A DNA stretch of 41,344 nucleotides from a virus (IMGVR_UViG_3300035676_000021:1-41344); one strand, 5' to 3'; numbered from the stretch's first letter, positions 1 through 10,275 are shown. Translations and numbers: made by a program. The notes: generated from the letters alone by a model not told the origin.

Positions 1-477
1 TGGAGAACCTTGAGCACCTGCAGTTCCTTGTGCACCCTGAGCACCTGTAGAACCTTGAGCACCTTGAGGTCCTTGTGGACCTCTTATCCCTTGAGCACCC
101 TGAGCACCTGGAGAACCTTGAGCACCTGGAGAACCTTGAGCACCTGGAGAACCTTGAGCACCTGCAGTTCCTTGTGCACCCTGAGCACCTGTAGAACCTT
201 GAGCACCTTGAGGTCCTTGTGGACCTCTTATCCCTTGAGAACCTTGAGCACCTGGAGAACCTTGAGCACCTGGAGAACCTTGAGCACCTGGAGAACCTTG
301 AGCACCTGGAGAACCTTGAGCACCTGGAGCACCCTGAGCACCTGCAGTTCCTTGGGCACCTTGAGCACCTGGAGAACCTTGAGCACCTGCAGTTCCTTGG
401 GCACCTTGAGCACCTGGAGAACCTTGAGCACCTGGAGAACCTTGAGCACCTGCTGCACCTTGAGCACCTTGTGGCCC
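1..477 (-). repeat. Collagen Gly-X-Y block C (GAQ/GSP/GTA), includes 95-bp exact direct repeat at 1-95 and 145-239
   Basis: 9/18-bp tandem units such as ggtgctcaa and ggttctcca on the minus strand. Confidence 0.9.
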
Positions 478-3400
478 TTTTAGTGCTACTTGTTGAACAT
501 TAGACCAAGAAACACCAGTACCTGTAGATACTAAAACTGAGGTAGCAGAACCTACTTGATTATTAATGTCATAAAGTGTAGAACGAAGTCTTATAGATCC
601 ATTTACATCCAATTTTTGTGTGGCTGATATTGTCCCAACTCCAATATTTCCACCATAAGGTCCTAGTTGAATAGTCCCATCAGCATTTACATCAATACTT
701 GGAATACCAGAAACATCATTAACTGAGAATATAGATCCAGATGTGAGGTTATTGGTAATAGAGAATAACTGACCAGCAGAACCTTCCCAAGAAAGTGTAC
801 CTGAATTTAAAGTATCATAATGGACATTCTTAATAACAGTTCCAATACCTACAGTACCAACTCCAGATACTGGTCCAGTATAAGTTAATGAAGTTGATCC
901 AGTGGGATTGTTGGAAGCATCCTTATAAACAATTTGATATGCAGAACCTGCCACTGGACCAGTTGCACCCTGAGCACCTTGTGGTCCTCTTACACCCTGA
1001 GCACCTTGTGCACCTGCTGCACCTTGTGCACCTGCAGTTCCTTGAGCACCTTGTGCACCTGCTGCACCTTGTGCACCTGCAGTTCCTTGAGCACCTGCAG
1101 TTCCTTGAGCACCTTGTGCTCCTGCTGCACCTTGAGCACCTGGAGCACCTTGAGCACCTGCAGTTCCTTGTGCACCTGGAGAACCTTGAGCACCTGCTGT
1201 TCCTTGAGCTCCTTGTGCCCCCTGAGGTCCTTGTGGACCTCTTATGCCTTGAGCACCTTGTGCACCTGCAGTTCCTTGAGATCCTTGAGCACCTGCTGCA
1301 CCTTGTGCACCTGCAGTTCCTTGAGCTCCTTGAGCACCTGGAGAACCTTGAGCACCTTGTGGTCCCTGTGCACCTGGAGAACCTTGAGCACCTTGAGCAC
1401 CTGCAGTTCCTTGAGCACCTTGAGCACCTGCTGCACCTTGTGCACCTGCAGTTCCTTGAGCTCCTTGAGCACCTGCAGTTCCTTGTGCTCCTTGAGCACC
1501 TTGTAGTCCTTGAGCACCTTGTAATCCTTGAGCTCCTTGAGCACCTTGTGGTCCCTGTGCACCTGCAGTTCCTTGAGTTCCTTGAGTTCCTTGAGCACCT
1601 TGTAATCCTTGAGCTCCTTGTAATCCTTGAGCACCTGCTGCACCTTGAGCACCTTGTGGCCCTTGTGGTCCTTGAAATCCTTGAGGTCCAGAGTTTGGAG
1701 AAACCCATCTCAAACCAGAACCAGTAGAACTTAATACTGAACTTGCTGATCCTACATTATTATTAGAATCATAAATTCCACCTGTTATTCTTACATCACC
1801 TTGAACGTGCAATTCTTGTGTGGCATTTACAGTTCCTATGCCAACATTTGTATCAGTAACTTGCATTCCACCAGCAGCAAGTCTTACTCCATTTTCAATT
1901 TGAGTCTTTCCAATACCAACACCATAATTAAATATCCAAGCATCAGTATTCAGTCCAGTAAAAGATCCAGACTTGAACCACATTATTTGCTTATAAGTAT
2001 CTGGTGTTAATTCTCCACCAGAATTCATACTAATTAATGGACTTCCTTCAGTAGAAGCAACTGCAATACCACCACTACTTGCTGTGATGTCTGAAGAAAC
2101 ATCTTGATTTAGTGCATTTGTTGTAAAACCAACTACAATATCTTTATCTTTAATTTTTAATTCATTAACTGAAAGAAATGCTGTTGTACCCCCTACTGTT
2201 ATATTTCCACCAACATAAAGATTAGATCCATCAAAAGTTAAATTATTAGATCCAGTAGGATTATTTGATCCATCCTTATATACTACTTGATTAGCAGATC
2301 CTGCAACTGGACCAGTTGCACCTTGAGCACCTTGTGGTCCTTGAGGTCCTATTGCACCTTGAGCACCTGCAGTTCCTTGAGCACCCTGTGCACCTGGAGA
2401 ACCTTGAGCACCTTGTGGTCCCTGTGCACCTGCAGTTCCTTGAGCACCTTGAGCACCTGCTGCACCTTGTGCACCTTGTGGTCCCTGTGCACCTGCAGTT
2501 CCTTGAGATCCTTGAGCACCTTGTGGTCCTTGGAATCCTTGGGCACCTTGAGCACCTGCTGCACCTTGAGCACCTTGTGGTCCTTGGAATCCTTGAGCAC
2601 CTTGTGCTCCTTGTGGTCCTTGGAATCCTTGAGCACCTTGTGGTCCTTGAAATCCTTGGGCACCTTGAGCACCTTGAGCACCTGCTGCACCTTGAGCACC
2701 TTGTGGTCCTTGGAATCCTTGAGCACCTTGTGGTCCTTGGAATCCTTGAGCACCTTGTGGTCCTTGGAATCCTTGAGTACCTTGTGGTCCTTGGAATCCT
2801 TGAGTACCTTGTGGTCCTTGTGGTCCTTGAAATCCTTGTGCTCCTTGTGGTCCTTGAGCACCTTGTGGTCCTTGAAATCCTTGTGCTCCTTGAGCACCTT
2901 GTGGTCCTTGAGCACCTTGTGGTCCTTGAGCACCTTGTGGTCCTTGAGCACCTTGTGGTCCTTGAGCACCTTGAGCACCTGCAGTTCCTTGTGTCCCTTG
3001 AGCACCTTGAGCACCTGCAGTTCCTTGTGCTCCTTGAGCACCTTGTGGTCCTTGAGAACCTTGAGGTCCTCTTTCACCTTGAGAACCTGAAGCACCCTGA
3101 GCTCCTGGAGATCCTTGGGCTCCTGTTAGACCTTGAGAACCTTGGGGTCCTATTGGTCCTATTTGTTGAGTAAAGGTAATATTTGCAATAGATCCATTCG
3201 CAGTTGCAGTTACTCCAACTCCAATAAAATTGAGTGTTGTAAATGTTGTACCAATACCAACACTTTCTTCTTCAACTGCAATTCCAGTTAAAGATGTATT
3301 AATAATTTCTTGAATTACAGAAATATTATCAATAGTTGTCCAAGTTATTCCACTACCTACTGTAACTAAAACTTGTCCAGAAGAACCTGATGTATTATTT

Positions 3401-3573
3401 TTATCATATACTGCTCCTCTAAATCTTGCTTCACCAGCAACATCTAAGTCTCTAGTTGCGTTGGTAGTTCCAATACCAACATTTCCAACAATCTGTAATA
3501 CAGTATCATTCTCTGTATAAGAACTAATACCAACTTTTAGATTCTTTTGACGATTGCTGATATACTTTGCCAT
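1..3573 (-). CDS. Collagen-like tail fibre protein (3' end runs off window, >1190 aa)
   Basis: ATG at 3573 ([15 protein letters not shown]...); frame checked at 1-9 and 481-600. Three Gly-X-Y blocks are separated by globular modules with VGIGT motifs. Absent from the ORF track because no stop lies in the window. Confidence 0.9.
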   Translation of the reverse strand, partial: MAKYISNRQKNLKVGISSYTENDTVLQIVGNVGIGTTNATRDLDVAGEARFRGAVYDKNNTSGSSGQVLVTVGSGITWTTIDNISVIQEIINTSLTGIAVEEESVGIGTTFTTLNFIGVGVTATANGSIANITFTQQIGPIGPQGSQGLTGAQGSPGAQGASGSQGERGPQGSQGPQGAQGAQGTAGAQGAQGTQGTAGAQGAQGPQGAQGPQGAQGPQGAQGPQGAQGAQGFQGPQGAQGPQGAQGFQGPQGPQGTQGFQGPQGTQGFQGPQGAQGFQGPQGAQGFQGPQGAQGAAGAQGAQGAQGFQGPQGAQGFQGPQGAQGAQGFQGPQGAQGAAGAQGAQGFQGPQGAQGSQGTAGAQGPQGAQGAAGAQGAQGTAGAQGPQGAQGSPGAQGAQGTAGAQGAIGPQGPQGAQGATGPVAGSANQVVYKDGSNNPTGSNNLTFDGSNLYVGGNITVGGTTAFLSVNELKIKDKDIVVGFTTNALNQDVSSDITASSGGIAVASTEGSPLISMNSGGELTPDTYKQIMWFKSGSFTGLNTDAWIFNYGVGIGKTQIENGVRLAAGGMQVTDTNVGIGTVNATQELHVQGDVRITGGIYDSNNNVGSASSVLSSTGSGLRWVSPNSGPQGFQGPQGPQGAQGAAGAQGLQGAQGLQGAQGTQGTQGTAGAQGPQGAQGAQGLQGAQGLQGAQGAQGTAGAQGAQGTAGAQGAAGAQGAQGTAGAQGAQGSPGAQGPQGAQGSPGAQGAQGTAGAQGAAGAQGSQGTAGAQGAQGIRGPQGPQGAQGAQGTAGAQGSPGAQGTAGAQGAPGAQGAAGAQGAQGTAGAQGTAGAQGAAGAQGAQGTAGAQGAAGAQGAQGVRGPQGAQGATGPVAGSAYQIVYKDASNNPTGSTSLTYTGPVSGVGTVGIGTVIKNVHYDTLNSGTLSWEGSAGQLFSITNNLTSGSIFSVNDVSGIPSIDVNADGTIQLGPYGGNIGVGTISATQKLDVNGSIRLRSTLYDINNQVGSATSVLVSTGTGVSWSNVQQVALKGPQGAQGAAGAQGSPGAQGSPGAQGAQGTAGAQGSPGAQGAQGTAGAQGAPGAQGSPGAQGSPGAQGSPGAQGSPGAQGSQGIRGPQGPQGAQGSTGAQGAQGTAGAQGSPGAQGSPGAQGSPGAQGAQGIRGPQGPQGAQGSTGAQGAQGTAGAQGSP
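952..1689 (-). repeat. Collagen Gly-X-Y block B (GAQ/GTA/GAA)
   Basis: Continuous Gly triplets built from 9-bp units. Confidence 0.9.
2305..3159 (-). repeat. Collagen Gly-X-Y block A (GPQ/GAQ/GFQ)
   Basis: Continuous Gly triplets built from 9-bp units. Confidence 0.9.
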
Positions 3574-3581
3574 TTTAAATA

Positions 3582-3911
3582 TTAGTTAAGTGTTTCTAAA
3601 ATACTTGCAATAAACTCAAGATCAGTCCCATTACTTCCAGAAAGAACTAATCTATCTCCACTTTCCAATACCAATTTTCCAGCAAGAAGATTAGCTGTAT
3701 CATTTGCAGCAATAGGATACTGTTTTAACATCCTTGTATCAGTAGAACTTCTGCGATGTACTAATGTGACATCTTGAGAATTTGATCCTATATTTGCAAC
3801 TTGTGCCAAAAGAACAACACCAGTATATCCAACTGGTGCAGTATAAACTACTGTTGGTGATGTGCTAACTATTGCAGTAACTGTTTGGAATACATTAAGT
3901 GCTAATGCCAT
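3582..3911 (-). CDS. Small virion-associated protein, paralog of 18302-18685
   Basis: Shares LN.(F/Y).T.T.IVSTS, YT...GYT.VVL.AQVAN.GS, G(K/R)LVLE and SILETLN with the 127-aa ORF. Confidence 0.8.
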   Translation of the reverse strand: MALALNVFQTVTAIVSTSPTVVYTAPVGYTGVVLLAQVANIGSNSQDVTLVHRRSSTDTRMLKQYPIAANDTANLLAGKLVLESGDRLVLSGSNGTDLEFIASILETLN

Positions 3912-3915
3912 CTTA

Positions 3916-5784
3916 TTATTCTCCTCCTAATGCAAGAATGAATGGTGTTAGTGTTGAAAATAAACTCTTAGAATAAAATGTTCCACTAATAGTTCCAGTT
4001 TGTTGATTTACAACAACACCATCACCAATTCTAAAGTTTCCAGATTGGTCTGTACTAGTGAAAACAACCAATCCACCATCTCTCATATCAGTTTCATTAT
4101 CTTGAATTGGAACTCCGCCAGTAGATGGAAAAGCAGTATCAATATTGGTTCCAGTTCCAATATATTCAAGAGAATGTCCAGATGCTAATACACGACTCTG
4201 TTTAAAGAAAGGAACAGTTGTTCCAAGTCCTACAGCATAAGGAACATTATCAGTTAATATAATTGTACAAATTCCAGCAGAAGAGACTGGAGTGCAAGAT
4301 TGTATAGCATAGTATGTTGGTATAAGCCTTACAGTAGCTGTTGCAGTATTTATTCCAACATCAGGAGAACTAATTGTCACTGTTGGAATAGATGAATATC
4401 CACGACCACTGGAGACAATTTCAATTGCAACCACAGAACCATCTTTAACTTCTGCCACTGCTTGAGCAGGAACTCCCCAATCTGTTGATGGTGGACTAAT
4501 TGTAACATCAGCATTTCCAGTATATCCAGTTCCACCAGAACCTACTATTACTTCACCAACTGTATAATATAAATCTCCAAAGTAAACAACCTGACCATCA
4601 AAAGGTCTAATGATATCAGTCTTTACAGTTCCCCCAGAAACATAAACTTGATCTGGTGTAGTTGAAATACCAACATTCACCGTAAACTGATTTGCTGCTG
4701 GAACTGATTTAACATCAAAAATATATCCATTTGTTCCACTTGGATATAAAGCAGTAGTTCCTGTACTTACGCAAGTAAATAACAAATTACTTAAGGTTAC
4801 ACCCATTCCAACAGTGAAATTGTGGTTTGTTGAAGTGGTAATGGTTGTTATGCCAGTTGTATTATTATAAAATGCTGTTGAAATATTATAAGTTGGAACA
4901 CTTAAGTCAACAATAAAGGTATCACTATTTGCAGATGCTGCACTTGTAATGATTCCTGTATATTTTCTTGGACCTATTCCATCAGCAACTAGAGCATAAT
5001 TTCCAAAAGAAGAGTTGGAGTTTGTTAAATCACAAGCACCACCAGATCCACAGAAAACTGCAATATCATTACAGATAGTGAATAGTGAAACTAACTGAGC
5101 ATACCCTTCATTTGTGATTGAAACTCCAATACCACCTTGATTGTATTGTGTAAATGAGTCTGTAACCATACTCTTGATAGGACCAAGAGCATGTCTTCCA
5201 TCTATTTTTAAACCAATACTATCCTTAACAAAATTAGTACAGTTACGAATATATGGTGACTGATTAAAATATCTAATTTCTGTTGGATTAAATGCTGCTA
5301 TTCCAAATCCAGGATCCATAGTTCCTGTGAAGGACATTTCAGTAATATAGTTTCCTGGAGAAACATGAAATAAGTCTTGATTGGAATTTAATGGAGTAAC
5401 TGATACTTCCCTTAAACTGTCACCAACAATACTAACTTGAGGTGGCAACTCAATAGGATTATCTTCTATATAAGATCCAGCAGTAACTCTAATAACAGTT
5501 CCTTCGGTTGCTGCTGCAACTGCTCCTTTGATTGTTCCCTTGGCATCTCCAAGTTTTCTTCCTGTGTTTGTATCGTTTCCATCTTTTGTAACATATAAAA
5601 TATTAGTAACTGTAGCACCTGCACCAATTCTTACAATATCAGTACCAATACCAGTTCTTTCTCTGCGAGCAAATAATTCACCATCATAAGTATTTAATCC
5701 CAACTCGCCCAGGGACAACTGTTCTACTGTTGGTCTTTTGCCTGGAACTGTAGATCTTTTTATCCTGATGTTTGGATCAGCCAT
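3916..5784 (-). CDS. Virion structural protein: Mtd-N-like N-terminus plus pectin-lyase-like beta-helix; paralog of 18692-22741
   Basis: N-terminal IRIKRS..PGK.P..L..GEL.LNT.DG motif; SPYIRNCTNF, TQYNQGGIGVSITN.GYAQLVSLFTIC and FTSTDQ.GNFRI shared with the 1349-aa protein. Confidence 0.8.
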   Translation of the reverse strand: MADPNIRIKRSTVPGKRPTVEQLSLGELGLNTYDGELFARRERTGIGTDIVRIGAGATVTNILYVTKDGNDTNTGRKLGDAKGTIKGAVAAATEGTVIRVTAGSYIEDNPIELPPQVSIVGDSLREVSVTPLNSNQDLFHVSPGNYITEMSFTGTMDPGFGIAAFNPTEIRYFNQSPYIRNCTNFVKDSIGLKIDGRHALGPIKSMVTDSFTQYNQGGIGVSITNEGYAQLVSLFTICNDIAVFCGSGGACDLTNSNSSFGNYALVADGIGPRKYTGIITSAASANSDTFIVDLSVPTYNISTAFYNNTTGITTITTSTNHNFTVGMGVTLSNLLFTCVSTGTTALYPSGTNGYIFDVKSVPAANQFTVNVGISTTPDQVYVSGGTVKTDIIRPFDGQVVYFGDLYYTVGEVIVGSGGTGYTGNADVTISPPSTDWGVPAQAVAEVKDGSVVAIEIVSSGRGYSSIPTVTISSPDVGINTATATVRLIPTYYAIQSCTPVSSAGICTIILTDNVPYAVGLGTTVPFFKQSRVLASGHSLEYIGTGTNIDTAFPSTGGVPIQDNETDMRDGGLVVFTSTDQSGNFRIGDGVVVNQQTGTISGTFYSKSLFSTLTPFILALGGE

Positions 5785-5813
5785 TCAACCTCATGATGGT
5801 ATTTACCGCAGAC

Positions 5814-5829
5814 ACTCTTATGTAAGAGT
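5814..5829. terminator. Short hairpin ACTCTTA-TG-TAAGAGT in the intergenic leader
   Basis: 7-bp inverted repeat followed by a T-run on the + strand; function uncertain. Confidence 0.35.
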
Positions 5830-5835
5830 TTTTAT

Positions 5836-5843
5836 TATTTATT
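5836..5843 (-). promoter_or_regulatory. T4-type late promoter AATAAATA
   Basis: Matches the gp55 late -10 motif, upstream of the 5784 start. Confidence 0.6.
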
Positions 5844-6027
5844 GAAATTCTTCTTCTATCTTTACCCCTCTTTTAGGTTTCTTAAGTTTTTCAACCTCTG
5901 CTGTCAATAAATTAACTTGATTTTGAAGTGAGGATACCTGAGTTTCTAATACAATATTAGAATTAAAAAGTTCAAAAGCCTTTTGTTGATATTTTGAAAG
6001 AACTTCCTTAAGATCTTTTTCAGACAT
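5839..6027 (-). CDS. Small coiled-coil protein (62 aa)
   Basis: Heptad pattern LETQVSSLQNQVNLLTAEVEKLK. Confidence 0.75.
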   Translation of the reverse strand: MSEKDLKEVLSKYQQKAFELFNSNIVLETQVSSLQNQVNLLTAEVEKLKKPKRGVKIEEEFQ

Positions 6028-6053
6028 AAAAAAGAGGGAGGTAAACTCCCTCT
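6028..6053 (-). terminator. Rho-independent terminator-like hairpin AGAGGGAG-tttac-CTCCCTCT followed by a U-tract
   Basis: 8-bp stem and T-run on the minus strand, downstream of 6075-8636. Confidence 0.75.
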
Positions 6054-6060
6054 ATTTAGA
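6053..6060 (-). promoter_or_regulatory. Late promoter variant TCTAAATA
   Basis: CTAAATA variant of the late motif, abutting the hairpin. Confidence 0.5.
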
Positions 6061-6074
6061 ATATAGTTTGATTG

Positions 6075-8636
6075 TCAGAAAGTTCCAGCATCAACTGTAA
6101 TATTCTCAAGGAATCTTTCAGTTCCTGTGCAAGAAATAACCTGAGAAGTTCCAGCACAATCAGTTACCCACAATGCTCCAATTTCAATAGGAGCAAAGTT
6201 TGCTACTGTGAATTGTGGTAAGTTGGTATCAGACTCAGATCCTTCAGTTCCTTGATATACATCATTTGTAAATTGGAATCTCTTTGTTACTCCACTTGCT
6301 TCCCAAACAAATCCAGCAGTTTTTGCTACTCCAGCATCACCATAGTTAAAGAGTACTGCAAGATCCCAAGTTGTAGTTGTTGGTTGAGTTTGTCCAACAC
6401 CTAATCTACCAAGTTCAATTGTACGATCTTCAATGGTTAGTGATGTTGTATTGACTTGAGTAGTGCTTCCTTCAACATAAAGATTTCCATTAACTGTTAA
6501 GTTATTTGCAAAAGTGGCATCAGTTGCATTAAGGGTAATTACAGTGCCACCAGTATTTCCAGATTGAATAGTATTTGTCTTAATTGTTGGAGCACTTAAA
6601 GAAGTTCCAACAATTACAGCATCAGGAAGTCCTACTGTAATTGTCTGCCCAGAAACTGAAGTATTAACTTCATTAATAGTTCCAGCAATTGTTAATGTTT
6701 GTGATGTGGTAACAGTGCTTGGACCACCAGTATCAGCATCAATTCCTAGTGTCAAATCAACATCACTAACTTGAGATGTGACATAATCAATAACTGCTTT
6801 AGAAGTTGGAACAGATGATGCTGATGTTCCTGTAGATACTGAACCAGAGAACTGAGTAACTCCTACACCAGCACCAATTGTTGTGATACCTGTAATATTA
6901 AGACCTCTTGCAAAAGTTGCATCAAGATCATTAAAGGTTAATGTGTCACTTGCATTTGTAGAACTTCTATAACTATTTGAAATTACTTTACCTTGGAAAC
7001 CAACATCTCCACTGGTATCGTACATGTACATTGCACGAGTGCCATTTGCAGAGGCAAGATACCCACTACCTGCAATTAAGTCTCCACCAGTTTTTACATT
7101 TCCAGTTGATGTTGAAAGTGTAAGTGCTGTTGTACCATCACTTGCTTTAATATCATTACCGCCAATTTGAATATCACCATTAAATGTTACATTACCCGTG
7201 CTATTTGCAAGGGTCATTGCTGTAGTAGTATCTGCAGCCTTAATAGTTCCTGCAACAAGATCACCAATAAATTGAGATGCAAATAAATTATTAGATGATG
7301 GATTATAATAAACACCAGCATCAACACGCATTGTTGCACCATTTGTGCTTGTTGCGTTGTCAGTGAATACTAAATGATAATTTGTGTTGGTTGAAGTTGC
7401 TGTAGTATCTACAGTTGTTGCTCTGGTTGCTGTTGATATTGTTCCAGTTAATGATCCAGTAATATTAGTTACATTTAAATCAGTAAAATTACCAGCTGGT
7501 GCTGTAATTGTAGTATCAGTCATTGAAATGCTGGAGCCAACAGCAAGGCGAACTCCATTCGCCATTGATGTTGTTCCAATAGCAAGTCCATAGTTAAAAG
7601 CAAATGTATCAGTTGAGAATCCAAGAGTTCCACTCTTAAACCACATCAATTGCTTATAAGTATCTGGAAGTGTATTAATTCCAGATACTGCAAAAGGTAC
7701 TAGTGGAGATCCTTCAGTAGATGCAATAGCAACACCAGCATGATTTGCAGTGTCATCATTTGGAGTTATTGATGTAGTGTATCCAAGAATGAGATCTTTA
7801 TTCTCAATAAAAACATCTTGACCTCTTAAAGAAACAAAACTTCCACCAATAGTAACATTACCATCTACTTTAAGATCTCCATGAATATTTGCATTTTTTC
7901 CTACACCAAGACCACCATCAAGAACAACTGCACCATTGTACCATTCTGTAGATTGTTTTGAACTTGTAAATGATGCAATTCCAGAAAAAACAGACTCCCC
8001 ACCAGCAGAAAAATAACCATCAAGATCAAATGTCCCACCAACATTTAATGATGTAGACACTTGTAAAGTGTAAATTGTAGAAAATCCAGAGACATTTATT
8101 CCATTGTTGTTTACTACAAGTCCACTAAATGTAGAAACTCCTAGTACACTTAAATTGCCACCAATATTGACTGATTTTTCAATTCCAACGCCACCTTCAA
8201 CAATTATTGAACCATTATCTTTGGTAGTTGAATCTGTGGTATCTGAAAATGTAGTGATTCCAGTAAATACTGCCTCATTAGATCCACTTCCCCAAGAAAG
8301 ATTGCCACTACCATCATTGGTTAAAACTGTGCTATTAGATCCTTGAGTTGCTGGTAGAACATAAGTTACATTACCAGCTAAGGCTGTATCTGGAGCTTTT
8401 AATTCAATATAATTAGATCCACCATCAGTTCTCTCTACAAATCTAACCCCACTTCCTGTACTGGATGTTTCCTTTGTCCAATATCTATGAGAACCTAAAA
8501 ATTTATTATTATTTGTGGTACTATCAATACCTACAAAAAAATCAAATGTATCTGTAGTAAAGGCTGGTTCACCTACCCTTAATCCTGGTAGATTTGATAA
8601 AGCACCTCTTTTTACCTGTAAGACTGGTGCTGGCAT
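6075..8636 (-). CDS. Tail fibre-like structural protein (853 aa)
   Basis: N-terminal LQVKRG...GEPAFTTDT motif; Thr/Gly/Ser-rich beta repeats (GGVGIEKSVNIGG, GGLGVGKNANIHG); ends VDAGTF. Confidence 0.8.
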   Translation of the reverse strand: MPAPVLQVKRGALSNLPGLRVGEPAFTTDTFDFFVGIDSTTNNNKFLGSHRYWTKETSSTGSGVRFVERTDGGSNYIELKAPDTALAGNVTYVLPATQGSNSTVLTNDGSGNLSWGSGSNEAVFTGITTFSDTTDSTTKDNGSIIVEGGVGIEKSVNIGGNLSVLGVSTFSGLVVNNNGINVSGFSTIYTLQVSTSLNVGGTFDLDGYFSAGGESVFSGIASFTSSKQSTEWYNGAVVLDGGLGVGKNANIHGDLKVDGNVTIGGSFVSLRGQDVFIENKDLILGYTTSITPNDDTANHAGVAIASTEGSPLVPFAVSGINTLPDTYKQLMWFKSGTLGFSTDTFAFNYGLAIGTTSMANGVRLAVGSSISMTDTTITAPAGNFTDLNVTNITGSLTGTISTATRATTVDTTATSTNTNYHLVFTDNATSTNGATMRVDAGVYYNPSSNNLFASQFIGDLVAGTIKAADTTTAMTLANSTGNVTFNGDIQIGGNDIKASDGTTALTLSTSTGNVKTGGDLIAGSGYLASANGTRAMYMYDTSGDVGFQGKVISNSYRSSTNASDTLTFNDLDATFARGLNITGITTIGAGVGVTQFSGSVSTGTSASSVPTSKAVIDYVTSQVSDVDLTLGIDADTGGPSTVTTSQTLTIAGTINEVNTSVSGQTITVGLPDAVIVGTSLSAPTIKTNTIQSGNTGGTVITLNATDATFANNLTVNGNLYVEGSTTQVNTTSLTIEDRTIELGRLGVGQTQPTTTTWDLAVLFNYGDAGVAKTAGFVWEASGVTKRFQFTNDVYQGTEGSESDTNLPQFTVANFAPIEIGALWVTDCAGTSQVISCTGTERFLENITVDAGTF

Positions 8637-8659
8637 GGTGGTAACTCTTTATTTTTTAC

Positions 8660-8667
8660 TATTTATT
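8660..8667 (-). promoter_or_regulatory. Late promoter AATAAATA
   Basis: Late motif ~24 nt upstream of the 8636 start. Confidence 0.65.
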
Positions 8668-8994
8668 TTAAAATGATCCTGCGTCCAAATCAATCCTATC
8701 ATCTAAATCATTATCAAGAGTATTTAAGAATGGGTCTGCATACCCCTGCAATCCTGGTTGGATTGTTTCAGTTGATGCAGCAGCATTTAAAACTTCATCT
8801 GGATTGACCATTTTGTATTTTTGAATTGATGCATCATAAACTAAAACATACTTATCATTAGTGTTAGATGGATCAAAATCAATTATATCTGAAAACCTAT
8901 TTAATGCTGACACTCCTGTAACTACCTCCAAAGTTGAAGAAGATGTTAATTCTATACTGGAAGATGATGTTCCTAATTCTACTTCTATTTCCAT
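8668..8994 (-). CDS. Small acidic structural protein ending LDAGSF
   Basis: ORF track; start overlaps the upstream stop codon. Confidence 0.75.
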   Translation of the reverse strand: MEIEVELGTSSSSIELTSSSTLEVVTGVSALNRFSDIIDFDPSNTNDKYVLVYDASIQKYKMVNPDEVLNAAASTETIQPGLQGYADPFLNTLDNDLDDRIDLDAGSF

Positions 8995-9335
8995 TAGGAT
9001 GCAGTTCCTTTTACTATTACTGTCCCCTCCACTGCCTTTGATGTAATTGTTGTTATTCCTGAAGTATATGTAAATAATACATCATAGACATATCTTCCAA
9101 CTGGAATGGTAGAACTAACTGTGCTTGCCATGCCAATTTTAACTATTCCAAGATATTGTGGGATGCTAGCTGAAACATCAAGGGGATAATATGTTGAAGA
9201 TCCATAATGCTTCCTGATTTTTCCAGAGAAGATGTATCCAGTCAAATCTAATGGAGCGCCATCTCTTTTTAATTTTATGTTGGTGGAAAAAGTAACCCCT
9301 TTATCTATAGATAAATTGACTGCTGGTACTGCCAT
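8994..9335 (-). CDS. BppU-N-like Ig-fold virion adaptor protein
   Basis: NLSIDKG.TF...LDLTGY...GRYVYDV...VEG.V.V pattern typical of this family. Confidence 0.7.
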   Translation of the reverse strand: MAVPAVNLSIDKGVTFSTNIKLKRDGAPLDLTGYIFSGKIRKHYGSSTYYPLDVSASIPQYLGIVKIGMASTVSSTIPVGRYVYDVLFTYTSGITTITSKAVEGTVIVKGTAS

Positions 9336-9355
9336 TATTCATAGACATTTATTGT

Positions 9356-9363
9356 TATTTATA
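9356..9363 (-). promoter_or_regulatory. Late promoter TATAAATA (perfect consensus)
   Basis: Exact T4 late consensus ~20 nt upstream of the 9335 start. Confidence 0.8.
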
Positions 9364-9364
9364 T

Positions 9365-9667
9365 TTAATCTGTGGGTTCATTTAGATTTGGATCACACCA
9401 AACATAATTAACTGTATCTAAAATATATCCATCTCCTGGGCACTTTGGAATAAATGCATTTAATTGTTCATCATAAATGTGTCCAATTGATGCTGGATTG
9501 TTTGTAACTGTTGAATCTAAAGAATATTCTATTCCACTATATCTGCTGGAAAATCCCTGTGCAATTAATTCTGCAGTGTTTTCATCCACTTCTTCAATTG
9601 GACAAACATTTGTATTGATGACCATATTATCACAATCCAAAACTGCAAAATACCTATATTCTTCCAT
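9365..9667 (-). CDS. Small fibre-associated hypothetical protein
   Basis: YFAVLD.DN.V.N...ASIG..YD...NAFIP pattern, recalled as common beside Gly-rich phage proteins. Confidence 0.7.
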   Translation of the reverse strand: MEEYRYFAVLDCDNMVINTNVCPIEEVDENTAELIAQGFSSRYSGIEYSLDSTVTNNPASIGHIYDEQLNAFIPKCPGDGYILDTVNYVWCDPNLNEPTD

Positions 9668-9679
9668 TACTAAAACTGA

Positions 9680-10267
9680 TTATTTGAAATTATTTATATT
9701 TTGTTTTGACATACCTAAACAAGGTCTTCCATCATAAATATTCTCCTTATATTCTCCATTCTCATCAACATAATGTAAAAATGCCTGAAGATACCATTTT
9801 TGTGTAAATTTTGGTCTCCAATGATATAAATTACATCCTCTGTAGATGCAAAGATCACCAGGATTTAAAATAATTTCTGTAGAATTACTTCCATCTTCAT
9901 TTTCACTAAAGTAAATTGAGTTTATTTTATCTCCTTCAGGAAATCCTAATGCAAGAGTTGCAGAAATTTCACATGAAGGTCTATCCCTGTGAATTTTTAA
10001 CTCATCTCCACAACCATATAATCTAGTATAAGAATATGTTGGCAACAAATTAATTCCTGCAAATTTACTTAAAGATTTGCAGGAATTGTCAAGTATAGTT
10101 TCAATTAATGGATCTCCATAAAAAATAAAACTATTTGGTGCTTGTATATCTCCTAACTCAGAATGACCTGCTCTAATTCTTAAAATAAAGTATTGTTGTA
10201 TAAATTTTACAAAATCTGCATCCAAAAAATTGCGAACAATTTGATATCCATGTTCTTTAAAAGTCAT
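9680..10267 (-). CDS. 2OG-Fe(II) dioxygenase
   Basis: H-x-D (HRD) in LKIHRDRPSCEISATL, distal His in HWR. Confidence 0.85.
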   Translation of the reverse strand: MTFKEHGYQIVRNFLDADFVKFIQQYFILRIRAGHSELGDIQAPNSFIFYGDPLIETILDNSCKSLSKFAGINLLPTYSYTRLYGCGDELKIHRDRPSCEISATLALGFPEGDKINSIYFSENEDGSNSTEIILNPGDLCIYRGCNLYHWRPKFTQKWYLQAFLHYVDENGEYKENIYDGRPCLGMSKQNINNFK

Positions 10268-10275
10268 AATAATTT

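Noticed and set aside
10-3173. Long alternative-frame ORFs (LEHLEHL..., STLSTW..., KVLKVL...)
   Set aside because: Stop-free shadows of the 9-bp collagen repeat; the real gene is the minus-strand Gly-X-Y frame starting at 3573.
5798-5807. GGTATTTACC mini-palindrome / GTAAATA promoter variant
   Set aside because: Too short to support, and a better late promoter lies at 5836-5843.
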